A DNA stretch of 64,000 nt from Chloroflexota bacterium (GTDB lineage: Bacteria > Chloroflexota > Anaerolineae > Aggregatilineales > Phototrophicaceae), in the NCBI GenBank assembly GCA_011523545.1, contig WTGN01000013.1, forward strand, positions 80,877-144,876, written 5' to 3'. Both the position numbers and the translations under genes were made by a program. The notes under the pieces were generated by a model. It did no database searches and was not told where the DNA came from. It was given only the letters and a program-made list of their open reading frames with translations. Positions 9,762-20,320 of the stretch are shown in pieces; positions within the stretch are counted from its first letter, which is position 1, and every line of letters starts with the position of its first letter.

Positions 9762-10583
9762 ATGACGATGGCATTCAATGGCGAGAAGATTGCATTTGTC
9801 GGCGCCGGCGTGATGGGCGAAGCCATGATCAAGGGCCTGCTGAGCCAGGAGCTGTTGCCGGCCGAAAACATCGTGGCGGCTGATCCGCGGCGGGAGCATT
9901 TGCAGACTCTGCAAGATCGCTACAAGATCCAAATCACAACTGACAACCGGGAAGCGGCGCGCGGAGTGGATGCGCTCGTGCTCTCGGTCAAGCCGCAAGT
10001 GATGGGCGCCGTGCTGGCGGAATTATGCGGGCAGGTCGACGCTGTGCAGCTGATCGTCAGCATCGTCGCCGGCGTGCCCTTGAATACCATCGCCGACAGC
10101 CTGCGGAACGGTCGCGTCCTGCGCTCAATGCCCAACACGCCCGGGCAGATCGGGCGGGGCATCACCGTCTGGACCGCTTCCCCCGAAGTCCGCGCCGAGC
10201 AGCGGGCGCAAGCCGAAGCCTTGCTGGGCGCCCTGGGCGAGCATATCTACGCCGCTGACGAGCGCTTTCTCGATATGGCGACGGCCCTAAGTGGCTCCGG
10301 CCCGGCTTACGTATTTATGTTCATGGAAGCCCTGGTCGATTCTGGCGTGCACATGGGTTTCGCGCGGCGCGACGCCGAAAAACTGGTGACACAGACCTTG
10401 CTCGGTTCCGTGCTCTACGCGCAGCAATCGGGCTTGCACCCGGCTGAATTGCGCAACCAGGTGACCAGCCCCGGCGGCACGACGGCGGCGGCGCTGCACG
10501 AGATGGAAAAGGGCGGCCTGCGCACTGTCCTGTCAGAAGGCGTCTGGGCCGCCTACCGCCGGTCGCAGGATTTGGGCTCATGA
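9762..10583 (+). CDS. proC: pyrroline-5-carboxylate reductase
   Basis: Motifs IAFVGAGVMGEAMIKGL, SVKPQ and the C-terminal SPGGTT motif. An alternative ATG at 9768 has better RBS spacing. Confidence 0.9.
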   Translation: MTMAFNGEKIAFVGAGVMGEAMIKGLLSQELLPAENIVAADPRREHLQTLQDRYKIQITTDNREAARGVDALVLSVKPQVMGAVLAELCGQVDAVQLIVSIVAGVPLNTIADSLRNGRVLRSMPNTPGQIGRGITVWTASPEVRAEQRAQAEALLGALGEHIYAADERFLDMATALSGSGPAYVFMFMEALVDSGVHMGFARRDAEKLVTQTLLGSVLYAQQSGLHPAELRNQVTSPGGTTAAALHEMEKGGLRTVLSEGVWAAYRRSQDLGS

Positions 10584-10851
10584 TCGCGGCCCTTTGCGCC
10601 GCGCAATTCACATTTCTAGCTATTGTTGTACCCGGTACGCGTAATTGCGCCATGCAACAATATACTGGCAACTCTTGCGGGCGCGCCGGTGGGTCGCCCC
10701 AGTTTGCGTCAAGGCTTGTCCGATAAATCTGGTTTCGTCGCTAGTTAGAGCTTACCGGCATCAATCTCCCCCAGCCATTCTTGTATACTTGGGAATAGAC
10801 CCTGCCTTAAACTTGGATTGTGCAATCTATGTTCCAAAACCAGCTGTCGCT

Positions 10852-10914
10852 GCTCCCCTCCCTGATGCTTCGGATGCCCGCCATAGAGATGGCGGGAGGG
10901 GCCGGGGGTGAGGT
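10852..10914. repeat. G-rich hairpin repeat, family A copy 1 (GCTCCCCTCCC...GGGAGGGGCCGGGGGTGAGGT)
   Basis: C-rich and G-rich arms flank an internal CCCGCCAT/ATGGCGGG hairpin. Related to the copies at 15826 and 34978. Confidence 0.55.
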
Positions 10915-10975
10915 AGACCAGAGCTTAGATCTACTCCGGTAGCTTTACCAGTGGCAGACCGCCGCCAAAATCCGT

Positions 10976-10993
10976 TTGTGAAAATATAGACAA
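10976..10993. promoter_or_regulatory. Rex-box-like palindrome TTGTGAA-AATA-TAGACAA overlapping the atp -35
   Basis: It matches 16/18 positions of the canonical TTGTGAA-N4-TTCACAA box. It is 15/18 identical to the site at 17644-17661 next to rex. Confidence 0.35.
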
Positions 10994-11015
10994 GCGCATT
11001 CAATTGCGCTAGAAT
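10987..11015 (+). promoter_or_regulatory. sigma70-type promoter candidate for atpAGDC (TAGACA-17-TAGAAT)
   Basis: TAGACA at 10987-10992, a 17-nt spacer, and TAGAAT at 11010-11015. This implies a ~135-nt leader before atpA. Confidence 0.45.
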
Positions 11016-11153
11016 GGCCAGAAGTTTCGCCCGACCACGAGCGCGCAAGGGACGACGCGCCTAATCTGGGCGCTGGTATAGGATTCCGGTCAAGCGCTCG
11101 CAGCCTGAGCTTGATGACCCGCTCGAAAAGGAAATACCGCAAGGAGCCTGCGA

Positions 11154-12659
11154 ATGGCAGACAATATCTATGAATCGATTCTGGAACAGATAAAGGACAT
11201 CGAGCTGGGCAAGCTCGAGTCGGTCGAAGTCGGCTACGTGGAAGAAGTCGGCGATGGCATCGCGCGCATCTCGGGCCTGGAGCATGTGCGCTACAACGAG
11301 CTGGTCCAATTCGATAACGGCGTCGCCGGCATCGCCTTCAACCTGGAGAAAGACAACGTCGGCGTCATCATCATGGGCGCCTACGACGATATTCAGGAAG
11401 GCGATACGGTCAGCGCGCTCGGGCGCATCGCCTCGGTGCCGGTTGGTATGGGGCTGGTCGGGCGCGTTGTAAACGCTTTGGGCGAGCCGATTGATGGCCG
11501 CGGCCCGGTGCAATTCGATGAGTATTACAATATCGAGCGCATCGCCCCCGGCGTCATGGAACGGCGCGGCGTCGACCGCCCGGTGCAGACGGGCATCCTG
11601 GCGATTGATACCATGATCCCGATCGGACGGGGGCAGCGCGAATTGATCATCGGAGACCGCCAGACCGGCAAGACCGCCGTCGCCCTTGACACAATCGTCA
11701 ACCAGCAGGGCGAAGATCTGTATTGCATCTACGTCGCTATCGGCAAGCGCCGCGGCGAAGTCGCCCGAATCCGCGAGACGCTCGAGCGTGAAGGCGCCAT
11801 GGATTATACGACGATCGTCGTCGCTTCCGCCTCTGACGCCGCCGCCCTCCAGTATCTGTCTCCATATTCCGGCTGCGCCATCGGCGAGTGGTTCATGGAG
11901 AACGGCAAAGACGCGCTGGTCATCTATGACGATCTCTCCAAGCATGCCAACGCCTACCGCCAGGTGTCGCTATTGATGCGGCGCCCGCCGGGACGCGAGG
12001 CCTTCCCCGGCGATGTCTTTTATTTGCACAGCCGCCTGCTGGAGCGCGCCGCCCAGCTCAGCGAAGAACGCGGCAATGGCAGCTTGACCGCGCTGCCCAT
12101 CATCGAAACGCTGCTCGGCGATGTATCGGCCTTCATCCCCACCAATGTCATCTCCATCACCGACGGCCAGATTTACCTTGAGTCCGAGCTTTTTAACGCC
12201 GGCTTGCGCCCGGCCCTTAACACCGGCATCAGCGTCAGCCGCGTCGGCAGCACCGCCCAAACACGGGCGATGAAAGATGTCGCCGGTGGCTTGAAGCTGC
12301 AGATGGCGCAATTCCGCGACTTGGCCGCCTTCGCCCAATTCGGCTCCAATCTCGACAAGGCGACGCAGCAGCAGCTTGATCGCGGTCTGCGCTTGACCGA
12401 GCTTTTCAAGCAGGTGCAGTATCAGACCCTTTCCCTTGAAGATCAAGTCGCCCTGACCTACGCCGGCACCAGCGGCCTCACCGATGAGGTCCCGGTCGAG
12501 CGGATGCTGGCCTGGAAAGACGAATTCCTGCGTTCATTCCGTACCCAATTCTCCGATGCGGGCGAATTCATACGCGAAAACCGCAACGAAAAAGCCGGAG
12601 ACGAGATTCAAGCGAAGCTGGATACAGCCATCAAGACCTTTAACGAGGCTTGGTCATAA
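11154..12659 (+). CDS. atpA: F1 ATP synthase subunit alpha
   Basis: GDRQTGKT Walker A motif and full-length alpha architecture. An AAGGAG RBS lies upstream. Confidence 0.97.
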   Translation: MADNIYESILEQIKDIELGKLESVEVGYVEEVGDGIARISGLEHVRYNELVQFDNGVAGIAFNLEKDNVGVIIMGAYDDIQEGDTVSALGRIASVPVGMGLVGRVVNALGEPIDGRGPVQFDEYYNIERIAPGVMERRGVDRPVQTGILAIDTMIPIGRGQRELIIGDRQTGKTAVALDTIVNQQGEDLYCIYVAIGKRRGEVARIRETLEREGAMDYTTIVVASASDAAALQYLSPYSGCAIGEWFMENGKDALVIYDDLSKHANAYRQVSLLMRRPPGREAFPGDVFYLHSRLLERAAQLSEERGNGSLTALPIIETLLGDVSAFIPTNVISITDGQIYLESELFNAGLRPALNTGISVSRVGSTAQTRAMKDVAGGLKLQMAQFRDLAAFAQFGSNLDKATQQQLDRGLRLTELFKQVQYQTLSLEDQVALTYAGTSGLTDEVPVERMLAWKDEFLRSFRTQFSDAGEFIRENRNEKAGDEIQAKLDTAIKTFNEAWS

Positions 12660-12692
12660 GTGTCGCCATCCTGCGCCGAAAGGAGACGCTAA

Positions 12693-13670
12693 GTGCCAAC
12701 TCTCAGGGAAGTCAAAAACCGAATCCGCAGCGTCAGGAATATCGCCCAGATTACACGCGCGCTGGAAGCGGTCTCGGCATCGCGCGTTCGGCGGGCGCAG
12801 GCGCGCGTCCTGGCCAGCCGGATCTACGCCGAGAAAGCTTGGGAGATCCTGGTCAACGTGCAGGCGGCCAGCAAGAACCTGCCCTTGCACCCGCTCTTGA
12901 CCGAGCGCGAAGACATCAACAAAGTGATGGTAGTCGTCATCACTTCCGATCGCGGCCTGGCGGGCGCCTATAACACCAATATCCTGCGCGTGGCTCAGCG
13001 CTTTGCCACGCGGCTGGGCAAGCCGGTTGATTATGTAACCGTCGGCCGCAAAGGGCGTGATTCCCTGGCCCGCCAGGGCGCCAATGTCATCGCCTCCTTC
13101 ACCGATATTTCAGCCGAACCCAAAGTCTCGGACATCACGCCAATCGCCCACATCGCCATGGACGCCTACTTGAACGGCGAGGTTGACGAGGTCTTGATCG
13201 CTTATACCGACTTCATCAATATGCTGACGCAGCGTCCGGCTGTCTTGGGCTGGCTGCCCCTGACCACCCACACTGTCGCCCAGCAAGTGGCGGCCGAATA
13301 CGTAAAAGATGTCGCGACCGTCAGCGGCGGTACGCAGAATTATGAATACGAGCCCAGCGCGACCGCCGTAGTCGACGAGATTGTGCCGCGCTTTACCGAG
13401 CTGCAGCTCTATCAGGCGCTGCTCGAGGCGCAGGCGAGCGAGCATGCGGCGCGCATGGCCGCTATGAAGAACGCCACCGATAACGCCACCCAGCTGACCA
13501 CCGACCTGACGCTGCAATACAACAAGGCGCGCCAGGCGGAGATCACGGCCGAGATTCTCGATATTGTCGGCGGCGCAAATGCCCTGCAGCAGGCAATTGA
13601 AAATACCGCGGCCGACATCCTGGATCTGAGCGAATCGCAACCCAAAGTGAATGTAGGGGCGACTCGGTGA
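12693..13670 (+). CDS. atpG: F1 ATP synthase subunit gamma (with ~27-aa C-terminal extension)
   Basis: N-terminal MPTLREVKNRIRSVRNIAQITRA and the typical C-terminal ITAEILDIVGGANAL, followed by extra residues. The last five codons and the stop lie in the first REP unit. Confidence 0.95.
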   Translation: MPTLREVKNRIRSVRNIAQITRALEAVSASRVRRAQARVLASRIYAEKAWEILVNVQAASKNLPLHPLLTEREDINKVMVVVITSDRGLAGAYNTNILRVAQRFATRLGKPVDYVTVGRKGRDSLARQGANVIASFTDISAEPKVSDITPIAHIAMDAYLNGEVDEVLIAYTDFINMLTQRPAVLGWLPLTTHTVAQQVAAEYVKDVATVSGGTQNYEYEPSATAVVDEIVPRFTELQLYQALLEAQASEHAARMAAMKNATDNATQLTTDLTLQYNKARQAEITAEILDIVGGANALQQAIENTAADILDLSESQPKVNVGATR

Positions 13671-13763
13671 GTCGCCCGCGCAAACCAAAGTTAATGTAGG
13701 GGCGACTCGGTGGGTCGCCCGCGCAAAACGAGATTGACGTAAGGGCGACCCGATGAGTCGCCC
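13652..13763 (+). repeat. 3 x 43-bp tandem array of GTAG-headed REP-like hairpins (family B)
   Basis: Units start at 13652, 13695 and 13738: TGTAGGGGCGACTCGGTGAGTCGCCC, TGTAGGGGCGACTCGGTGGGTCGCCC and CGTAAGGGCGACCCGATGAGTCGCCC. Each is followed by GCGCAA plus a spacer. Confidence 0.9.
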
Positions 13764-13780
13764 GCGCAAGTCGAAATTAG

Positions 13781-15196
<1,416 letters not shown>

Positions 15197-15205
15197 GAGA
15201 CGCTC

Positions 15206-15658
15206 ATGCCGATTCATCTCGAGTTGGTGACGCAAGAAGAGAAAGTATTCGAAGAACCGGAAGCCGATATTGTTTTGGTGCCGGCGCTCGAAGGCGAGAT
15301 GGGCGTTTTGCCTAATCATGCGCCTGTCCTGACAACGCTCAGCTTCGGCGAGTTGATCGTGCGCAAGGGCGCTGCCGAAGAACGCTTCGCCGTTTATGGT
15401 GGCGTTGTTGACGTGCGGCCGGATAAGGTCGTTGTCCTTGCGGACTTGGCCGAGTCCTCATTCGCCCTCGACCTGGAAAGAGCGCAGGAAGCCCGCGAAC
15501 AGGCGCGGCAAGCCCTCGATGAGGCGCCTGGCGAAGCCGAGAACCGCGAGGCGCTCATGGCGCTGCGGCGGGCAAACCTGGCGGTGCGCATCAGCCAGAA
15601 GATCCGCAGTCGCGGCCCCGGGCTGCGCATTCTCGACGAGGATAGCGACGAGCTCTGA
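15206..15658 (+). CDS. atpC: F1 ATP synthase subunit epsilon
   Basis: Its position after atpD, an N-terminal beta-sandwich pattern (LELVTQEEKVF...) and a helical C-terminus. RBS AGGAG. Confidence 0.93.
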   Translation: MPIHLELVTQEEKVFEEPEADIVLVPALEGEMGVLPNHAPVLTTLSFGELIVRKGAAEERFAVYGGVVDVRPDKVVVLADLAESSFALDLERAQEAREQARQALDEAPGEAENREALMALRRANLAVRISQKIRSRGPGLRILDEDSDEL

Positions 15659-15698
15659 TCGCATCAGGTTGAACTTCATCACAGGAATGAGAACAGCA

Positions 15699-15734
15699 CC
15701 CGGTACTGCCAAGGCAGACCGGGTTTTTTGTTTT
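15699..15734 (+). terminator. Rho-independent terminator after atpC
   Basis: CCCGGT-13 nt-ACCGGG stem-loop followed by TTTTTTGTTTT. Confidence 0.6.
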
Positions 15735-15825
15735 GCTGTAAAATAGGGGAGGCGCTTAAATATATCTGTAGACAAACGGCCCGCACGGAAGCCGCCCCCG
15801 CAAATAAATGGCGTCCCGCCGGTTT

Positions 15826-15895
15826 AAGCTCCCCCTCCGGCGGTCAGTGTCTACGCGACCCTAGCTCGCTGGGGAGGGGGCCGGAGGGTGGGGTT
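15826..15895 (+). repeat. G-rich hairpin repeat, family A copy 2, carrying the 19-nt core in its loop
   Basis: AAGCTCCCCCTCC ... GGGGAGGGGGCCGGAGGGTGGGGTT, with the core GGTCAGTGTCTACGCGACC at 15842-15860 in the loop. Confidence 0.7.
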
Positions 15896-15924
15896 GGCTG
15901 CCCGAATAGAGACGGGAAAGGCTG

Positions 15925-16941
15925 ATGGCTCGCTTTGGAAAGCGACTCGGCGTCGATTTGGGAACGGTGAATGTTCTGATTTACGACAGCGGTCGTATCG
16001 TCCTGCAGGAGCCGTCCCTCGTCGCTTTGCTGGCGGAAGAAGAGCGCATTGTCGACTTCGGCAACCCGGCGCGCGAGATGCTCGGGCGCGTAGACGATGA
16101 AGACATCCAGGTGATGCGTCCGCTTCAGAATGGCGTCATCGCCGATTATGAAGTGACGGAAGCGATGCTCGAGTACTTCTTTGGCCGGATCGCCGGGCGC
16201 ATCCGCCTGTTTCGTCCCTCGGTCATGGTGTCGGTGCCCTACGGCGCAACCAGCGTCGAAAGGCGGGCCGTGCGCGAAGCGATACTGGCGGCTGGCGCGC
16301 GCGAGGTCCAGTTGATGTGGGAACCGCTGGCGTCGGCCCTGGGCGCCGGGCTGCCGGTGGGCACACCCGCTGGCGGGATGGTGGTCAATATCGGCGGCGG
16401 CATCACCGAAGCGGCCGTTCTGACCATGAACAACATTGTTCGCGCCGAAAGCGGCCGAGTCGGCGGTTTGCGCCTGGACGACGGCATCATCAGTTATGTG
16501 CGCCGCAAGTACAATCTGACCGTGGGGCAGCCCACCGCCGAGTCCATCAAGATTCAGATCGGCGCCGCCGTCGACCAGCCGCAAGAAATGACGATGGAAA
16601 TCCAGGGCCGCGATAACGTCTCCGGCCTGCCGCGCACCGTCCGCGTTACGACCGGGGAGGTGGTTGAAGCCCTGGCCGAGCCACTGGGTCAAATCGCCAG
16701 CGTCGTCAAGGCGGTGCTGTCGACAACCCCGCCTGAACTGTCATCGGATATCATTGATCGTGGCATCGTGCTGACCGGCGGCGGCGCCTTGCTCCGTGGC
16801 ATCGACAGCTATCTCACGCGCGAAACCGGCGTGCCTGTTTATCAAGCCGATAATCCGCTGATTAATGTTGTCGTGGGTTGCGGCCGCGCGCTGGAAGACC
16901 CGGCGATAATGCGGCGCCTGGCGCAGACGAATTACTTCTAA
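15925..16941 (+). CDS. mreB: rod-shape determining actin homologue MreB
   Basis: Motifs GVDLGTVNVLIY, NIGGGITE and the VLTGGGALLRG phosphate/adenosine motifs. No mreC or mreD follows. Confidence 0.95.
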   Translation: MARFGKRLGVDLGTVNVLIYDSGRIVLQEPSLVALLAEEERIVDFGNPAREMLGRVDDEDIQVMRPLQNGVIADYEVTEAMLEYFFGRIAGRIRLFRPSVMVSVPYGATSVERRAVREAILAAGAREVQLMWEPLASALGAGLPVGTPAGGMVVNIGGGITEAAVLTMNNIVRAESGRVGGLRLDDGIISYVRRKYNLTVGQPTAESIKIQIGAAVDQPQEMTMEIQGRDNVSGLPRTVRVTTGEVVEALAEPLGQIASVVKAVLSTTPPELSSDIIDRGIVLTGGGALLRGIDSYLTRETGVPVYQADNPLINVVVGCGRALEDPAIMRRLAQTNYF

Positions 16942-16984
16942 TTGAACTCATGAATGCGATGCGAGAAATCGCAGCCGCCTCGCC

Positions 16985-17635
16985 CTATTCAGCCAGATAA
17001 TAGGTCATGTGCTGCAGGTGCGTAACCGGGTCAATGTACTGAATTTGCACGTTGGCCGGCACGTTGATGTTGATTGGCGCGTAATTCAAAATGCCCTGCA
17101 CGCCCGCTTCCACCAATTGATCGGCAACGCCCTGCGCATCCTCCGCCGGGACGGCCAACATCGCAATCTTGATGCCTTCCCGCCGGATTATTTCGCGCAT
17201 CGAGCGCACCGGCTGCACCACAAATTCGCCGATTTGTTCGCCGATCTTTTGCGGACTGATGTCGAAGAGATGGGCGATGCGAAAGCCGCGATCCTGGAAG
17301 CCGCGGTAATGCGAAATGGCGATGCCCAGATTGCCCGCCCCGACAACAACGACCATCCACTCTTTATTGACATGCAGCACTTCTTGCAGCCTGTCAACCA
17401 GAAACTCGATTTGATAACCGGTGCCCTGCTTGCCGAAACCGCCGAAATGCGACAAGTCTTTTCGAATCTGGGCCGAGCTGATTTCCAGCCGCTTACCCAG
17501 TTCATGCGAAGAGGTGACCGTCTTGCCCTCTTGCTGCAAGCGCTTGAGCGCGCGCAAATAAAGCGGCAACCTTCCGATAACGATATCCGGAATGGTGGAC
17601 GGCGAATTGGCCGACATCCTAGCTATGAACCTCAT
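16985..17635 (-). CDS. rex: redox-sensing transcriptional repressor Rex
   Basis: N-terminal winged helix (RLPLYLRAL) and a Rossmann domain (VVVGAGNLG). The start could instead be the second ATG, 18 nt downstream. Confidence 0.9.
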   Translation of the reverse strand: MRFIARMSANSPSTIPDIVIGRLPLYLRALKRLQQEGKTVTSSHELGKRLEISSAQIRKDLSHFGGFGKQGTGYQIEFLVDRLQEVLHVNKEWMVVVVGAGNLGIAISHYRGFQDRGFRIAHLFDISPQKIGEQIGEFVVQPVRSMREIIRREGIKIAMLAVPAEDAQGVADQLVEAGVQGILNYAPININVPANVQIQYIDPVTHLQHMTYYLAE

Positions 17636-17643
17636 GTGTGCGC

Positions 17644-17661
17644 TTGTGAAACTTTATACAA
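17644..17661. promoter_or_regulatory. putative Rex operator TTGTGAA-ACTT-TATACAA immediately upstream of rex
   Basis: It matches 16/18 positions of TTGTGAA-N4-TTCACAA and lies 9-26 nt upstream of the rex ATG. On the minus strand it overlaps a TATAAA -10-like hexamer. Confidence 0.5.
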
Positions 17662-17736
17662 TTGCAATCTTACCACTCGACCGATAACGGCGCTATAGCA
17701 CTGGCGCGCAATCCTGTTGCCTGGAGCCCGGCTCGC

Positions 17737-17765
17737 TTGAAAGCAGGGCGGGGCAATGATACAAT
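17737..17765 (+). promoter_or_regulatory. sigma70-type promoter candidate (TTGAAA-17-TACAAT) for the GbsR-like gene
   Basis: Hexamers at 17737-17742 and 17760-17765. Confidence 0.4.
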
Positions 17766-17794
17766 GACGGCGCGAATCGACCGGGTCAAGTGCT

Positions 17795-18379
17795 ATGTCC
17801 AGCGAGACAGCCGACAAAAGCGCCAATAGCAGACAGCTGGCCAATGATCTTCAGATCGTCCACGACAGCATGTTGGATGGTCTGGGCCAATTGGCGGACT
17901 ATTTTGGCTTCAACAAAGTCATGGGCCAACTCTACGGCAGCCTTCTGCTCAGCGCGGAGCCGCTCTCTCTCGACGATATGATGGGGCGCCTGGGCATCTC
18001 GAAAGCGAGCGTCAGCACCAATATGCGCTCGCTAGAGCACATGGGCATGGTGCGGCAGGTCTGGGTGCGCGGCGGCAGCGGGCGGCGCAAATACTATCAA
18101 GCCGAGACCGATTTCTGGCAGATCTTCTCCAACTTCTTGAGCGGGCGCGAATTGCGCGATGTCGAGCGCGCCCTGGCGGTCATGGAAGAAAACCGCCAAA
18201 CCATTTCCAACGCCATCGCCGAGCTCCCGCCCGATCAGCAGATACTCGCCCGCCTCTATCTCGACCGCATCGCGCAAATGCAGGCTCTGTTCCGCTTTGC
18301 CCAACTGATCATCAACAGCGTGCTTGGTCAGGTCAGCGGCAGTGATGTCTCCGATGTCTCGGGCGTGGAGTTGCAATAG
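17795..18379 (+). CDS. GbsR/MarR-family winged-helix transcriptional regulator
   Basis: The LSLDDMMGRLGISKASVSTNMRSLEHMGMV HTH segment is typical of GbsR-like regulators. Confidence 0.7.
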   Translation: MSSETADKSANSRQLANDLQIVHDSMLDGLGQLADYFGFNKVMGQLYGSLLLSAEPLSLDDMMGRLGISKASVSTNMRSLEHMGMVRQVWVRGGSGRRKYYQAETDFWQIFSNFLSGRELRDVERALAVMEENRQTISNAIAELPPDQQILARLYLDRIAQMQALFRFAQLIINSVLGQVSGSDVSDVSGVELQ

Positions 18380-18389
18380 GCGTCGCCCC

Positions 18390-18418
18390 TTGTAGCGCTT
18401 GCCCTGGGGGACTATAAT
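18390..18418 (+). promoter_or_regulatory. sigma70-type promoter candidate (TTGTAG-17-TATAAT) for tRNA-Leu
   Basis: The -10 ends 20 nt before the first tRNA base. Confidence 0.5.
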
Positions 18419-18438
18419 GCCGCTACATACTTCTGCTT

Positions 18439-18519
18439 GAGGAAGTGGCGGAATTGGCAGACGCGCATGACTTAGGATCATGTCTCTTTGAGGTGAGGGT
18501 TCGAGTCCCTCCTTCCTCA
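18439..18519 (+). tRNA. tRNA-Leu, anticodon UAG (type II, long variable arm, no encoded CCA)
   Basis: Acceptor stem GAGGAAG/CTTCCTC, D-arm GCGGAATTGGCAGACGC, and anticodon stem CATGA/TCATG with loop CTTAGGA. T-arm is GAGGG-TTCGAGT-CCCTC and the discriminator is A. A GC hairpin plus T-rich tract follows. Confidence 0.9.
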
Positions 18520-18626
18520 TCGCATTTCGGCTTGAAGGGCGCGCCTCGCGCCTTTACGCTTTCTAATTGAAGCCATATAGTGGGCGCTCGCCGGATTTGG
18601 CGCGCCCATAGCTCAAGGATTGCATC

Positions 18627-20264
18627 TTGAATCTGCAGACAGAACGTATCGAAAATCACAGAGCCCAGTTCACCATTGAGATTGAGCCAGATCAACTGGA
18701 AGACGCCAAGCGCCAGGCGGCCCGCAAAATCTCGCGACAGGTGCGCATCAAGGGCTTCCGCAAGGGCAAGGCGCCTTATCGGCTTGTCCTGCAATATGTC
18801 GGCGAAAGCGCCGTGCTCGAAGAAGCGTGCGACGCGCTGGGGGACAAGCTTTACAAGCAGGCGCTGGAAGAGAGCGAAGTCTTGCCCTACGGCCCCGGCG
18901 CCTTTGAAGACTTCAAGCTGGAGCCCGCCCCGACCTTTGTTTTCTCGGTGCCCTTGCAGCCTGAAGTTGACCTAAAGAATTATCTGGATGTCCGGCTCGA
19001 TTACACTGAACCCGAAGTCACCGCGGGCGATATCGAAGCCGCCTTGAAGCAGATGCAAATGCAGCGCGTTGAAGTCGTCGATCAAGATGTCGAGGTGGCC
19101 GGGTTTGGCCATCGCGTCACGATTGCAGTGGACAGCGAGTTTGTCGATGGCGATCCGCCGGAAGAAGCCGAAGCGATCGTGACTGAAGACGCCCTTACTG
19201 CAGATGTCGATGAATCGGACGAGGCGGTCGATGAAGCGTCGGCGCCCTACGTGCCCAAGAAGGGCGACACCTTTGTTAAAGACGACAATACCCAGATCAT
19301 CTTGGATCCCAATGAAGATCCTTTTATCCACGGCTTCGTCGGCAATCTGATCGGGGTCGAGCGCGGCAGTGATGTCGAATTCGAATTGACGATCCCGGAT
19401 GATGATGCCGAAGAAACCATCATCGGTCGCCGGGTGAGCTTCATCGTCACGATCAAAGATATTGAGGCGATCGCCATCCCGGAGTTGGATGACGATTTCG
19501 CGCGAACCGTCAGCCGGGAACGGGGCGACGAAGAACAGGATCTGGCCGGGCTGCGCCAATCCCTCCGCGACGACTTGATCAGAACGGAGTTGGAAAACGC
19601 CCATTCGGAATATAGCGCAAGCGTCTTGCGTGAGATCGTTGAGGGCGCCCAGATTGAATATCCCGAACTCATGCTTACTGAACAGATCGACGGCATGATC
19701 AGCGAGTTCGAAGCGAATCTAAAGCAGCAGCGGCTCAGTTTGGATGAATATCTGCGCTTGACCAACAGCAGCCGCGATGACCTTCGCGAACAATATCGCG
19801 AGAGCGCGGAGCAATCATTGCGCCAGTCCTTGGTCCTGCGGGAGTTGGTCAGCGCGCGGGAGATCGACATCGACGACGCCCAGATCGAAGCCAGAATCGA
19901 AAGCGTCATCGCCGCCTATGGCAGCAGCCCTGAAATACGCAAGCTCTTTGATACGCCGCAGATGCGCGGCAATATCGGCAATGAGCTTCTCATGAGTCAT
20001 CTCAATACTCATCTTCTCGCTATTGGAACGGGTCAAGATCCGGCGGCCGCGATAGAAGAATTGCAAACCAGGGCGGCAGCCGACGCCAAGCGCGCGCGTG
20101 AACGAACCCAACGTTTGCGGCAGTATCGCGCGGAAGACGCCGAAGCGGAGGCCAGCGACCACGCCGAAAACGACGAGGACGATGCAGGCGACGCACGCAG
20201 CGAAGCCGGCCCGCCCTCAATAGCCGAGACCGAACCAGTCGAAACGCACACTGGCAATTCGTAA
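18627..20264 (+). CDS. tig: trigger factor with ~100-aa acidic C-terminal tail
   Basis: N-terminal ribosome-binding GFRKGKAP motif. TTG start after AAGGA. The tig-clpP-clpX synteny is conserved. Confidence 0.93.
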   Translation: MNLQTERIENHRAQFTIEIEPDQLEDAKRQAARKISRQVRIKGFRKGKAPYRLVLQYVGESAVLEEACDALGDKLYKQALEESEVLPYGPGAFEDFKLEPAPTFVFSVPLQPEVDLKNYLDVRLDYTEPEVTAGDIEAALKQMQMQRVEVVDQDVEVAGFGHRVTIAVDSEFVDGDPPEEAEAIVTEDALTADVDESDEAVDEASAPYVPKKGDTFVKDDNTQIILDPNEDPFIHGFVGNLIGVERGSDVEFELTIPDDDAEETIIGRRVSFIVTIKDIEAIAIPELDDDFARTVSRERGDEEQDLAGLRQSLRDDLIRTELENAHSEYSASVLREIVEGAQIEYPELMLTEQIDGMISEFEANLKQQRLSLDEYLRLTNSSRDDLREQYRESAEQSLRQSLVLRELVSAREIDIDDAQIEARIESVIAAYGSSPEIRKLFDTPQMRGNIGNELLMSHLNTHLLAIGTGQDPAAAIEELQTRAAADAKRARERTQRLRQYRAEDAEAEASDHAENDEDDAGDARSEAGPPSIAETEPVETHTGNS

Positions 20265-20320
20265 ATCAAAAGCTACGATTTGCCGCATGGCCAATTCGTA
20301 TGTGAGGCGCCGGAGGGCGA

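Noticed and set aside
10584-11153. A hidden atpH (delta) gene, a pseudogene or a structured RNA gene in the long spacer before atpA.
   Set aside because: The only ORFs (for example 10645-10911) give low-complexity, non-delta-like peptides. I could not recognise SRP, RNase P, 6S or tmRNA signatures. The spacer is explained by repeats plus a promoter candidate, although an unknown sRNA cannot be excluded.
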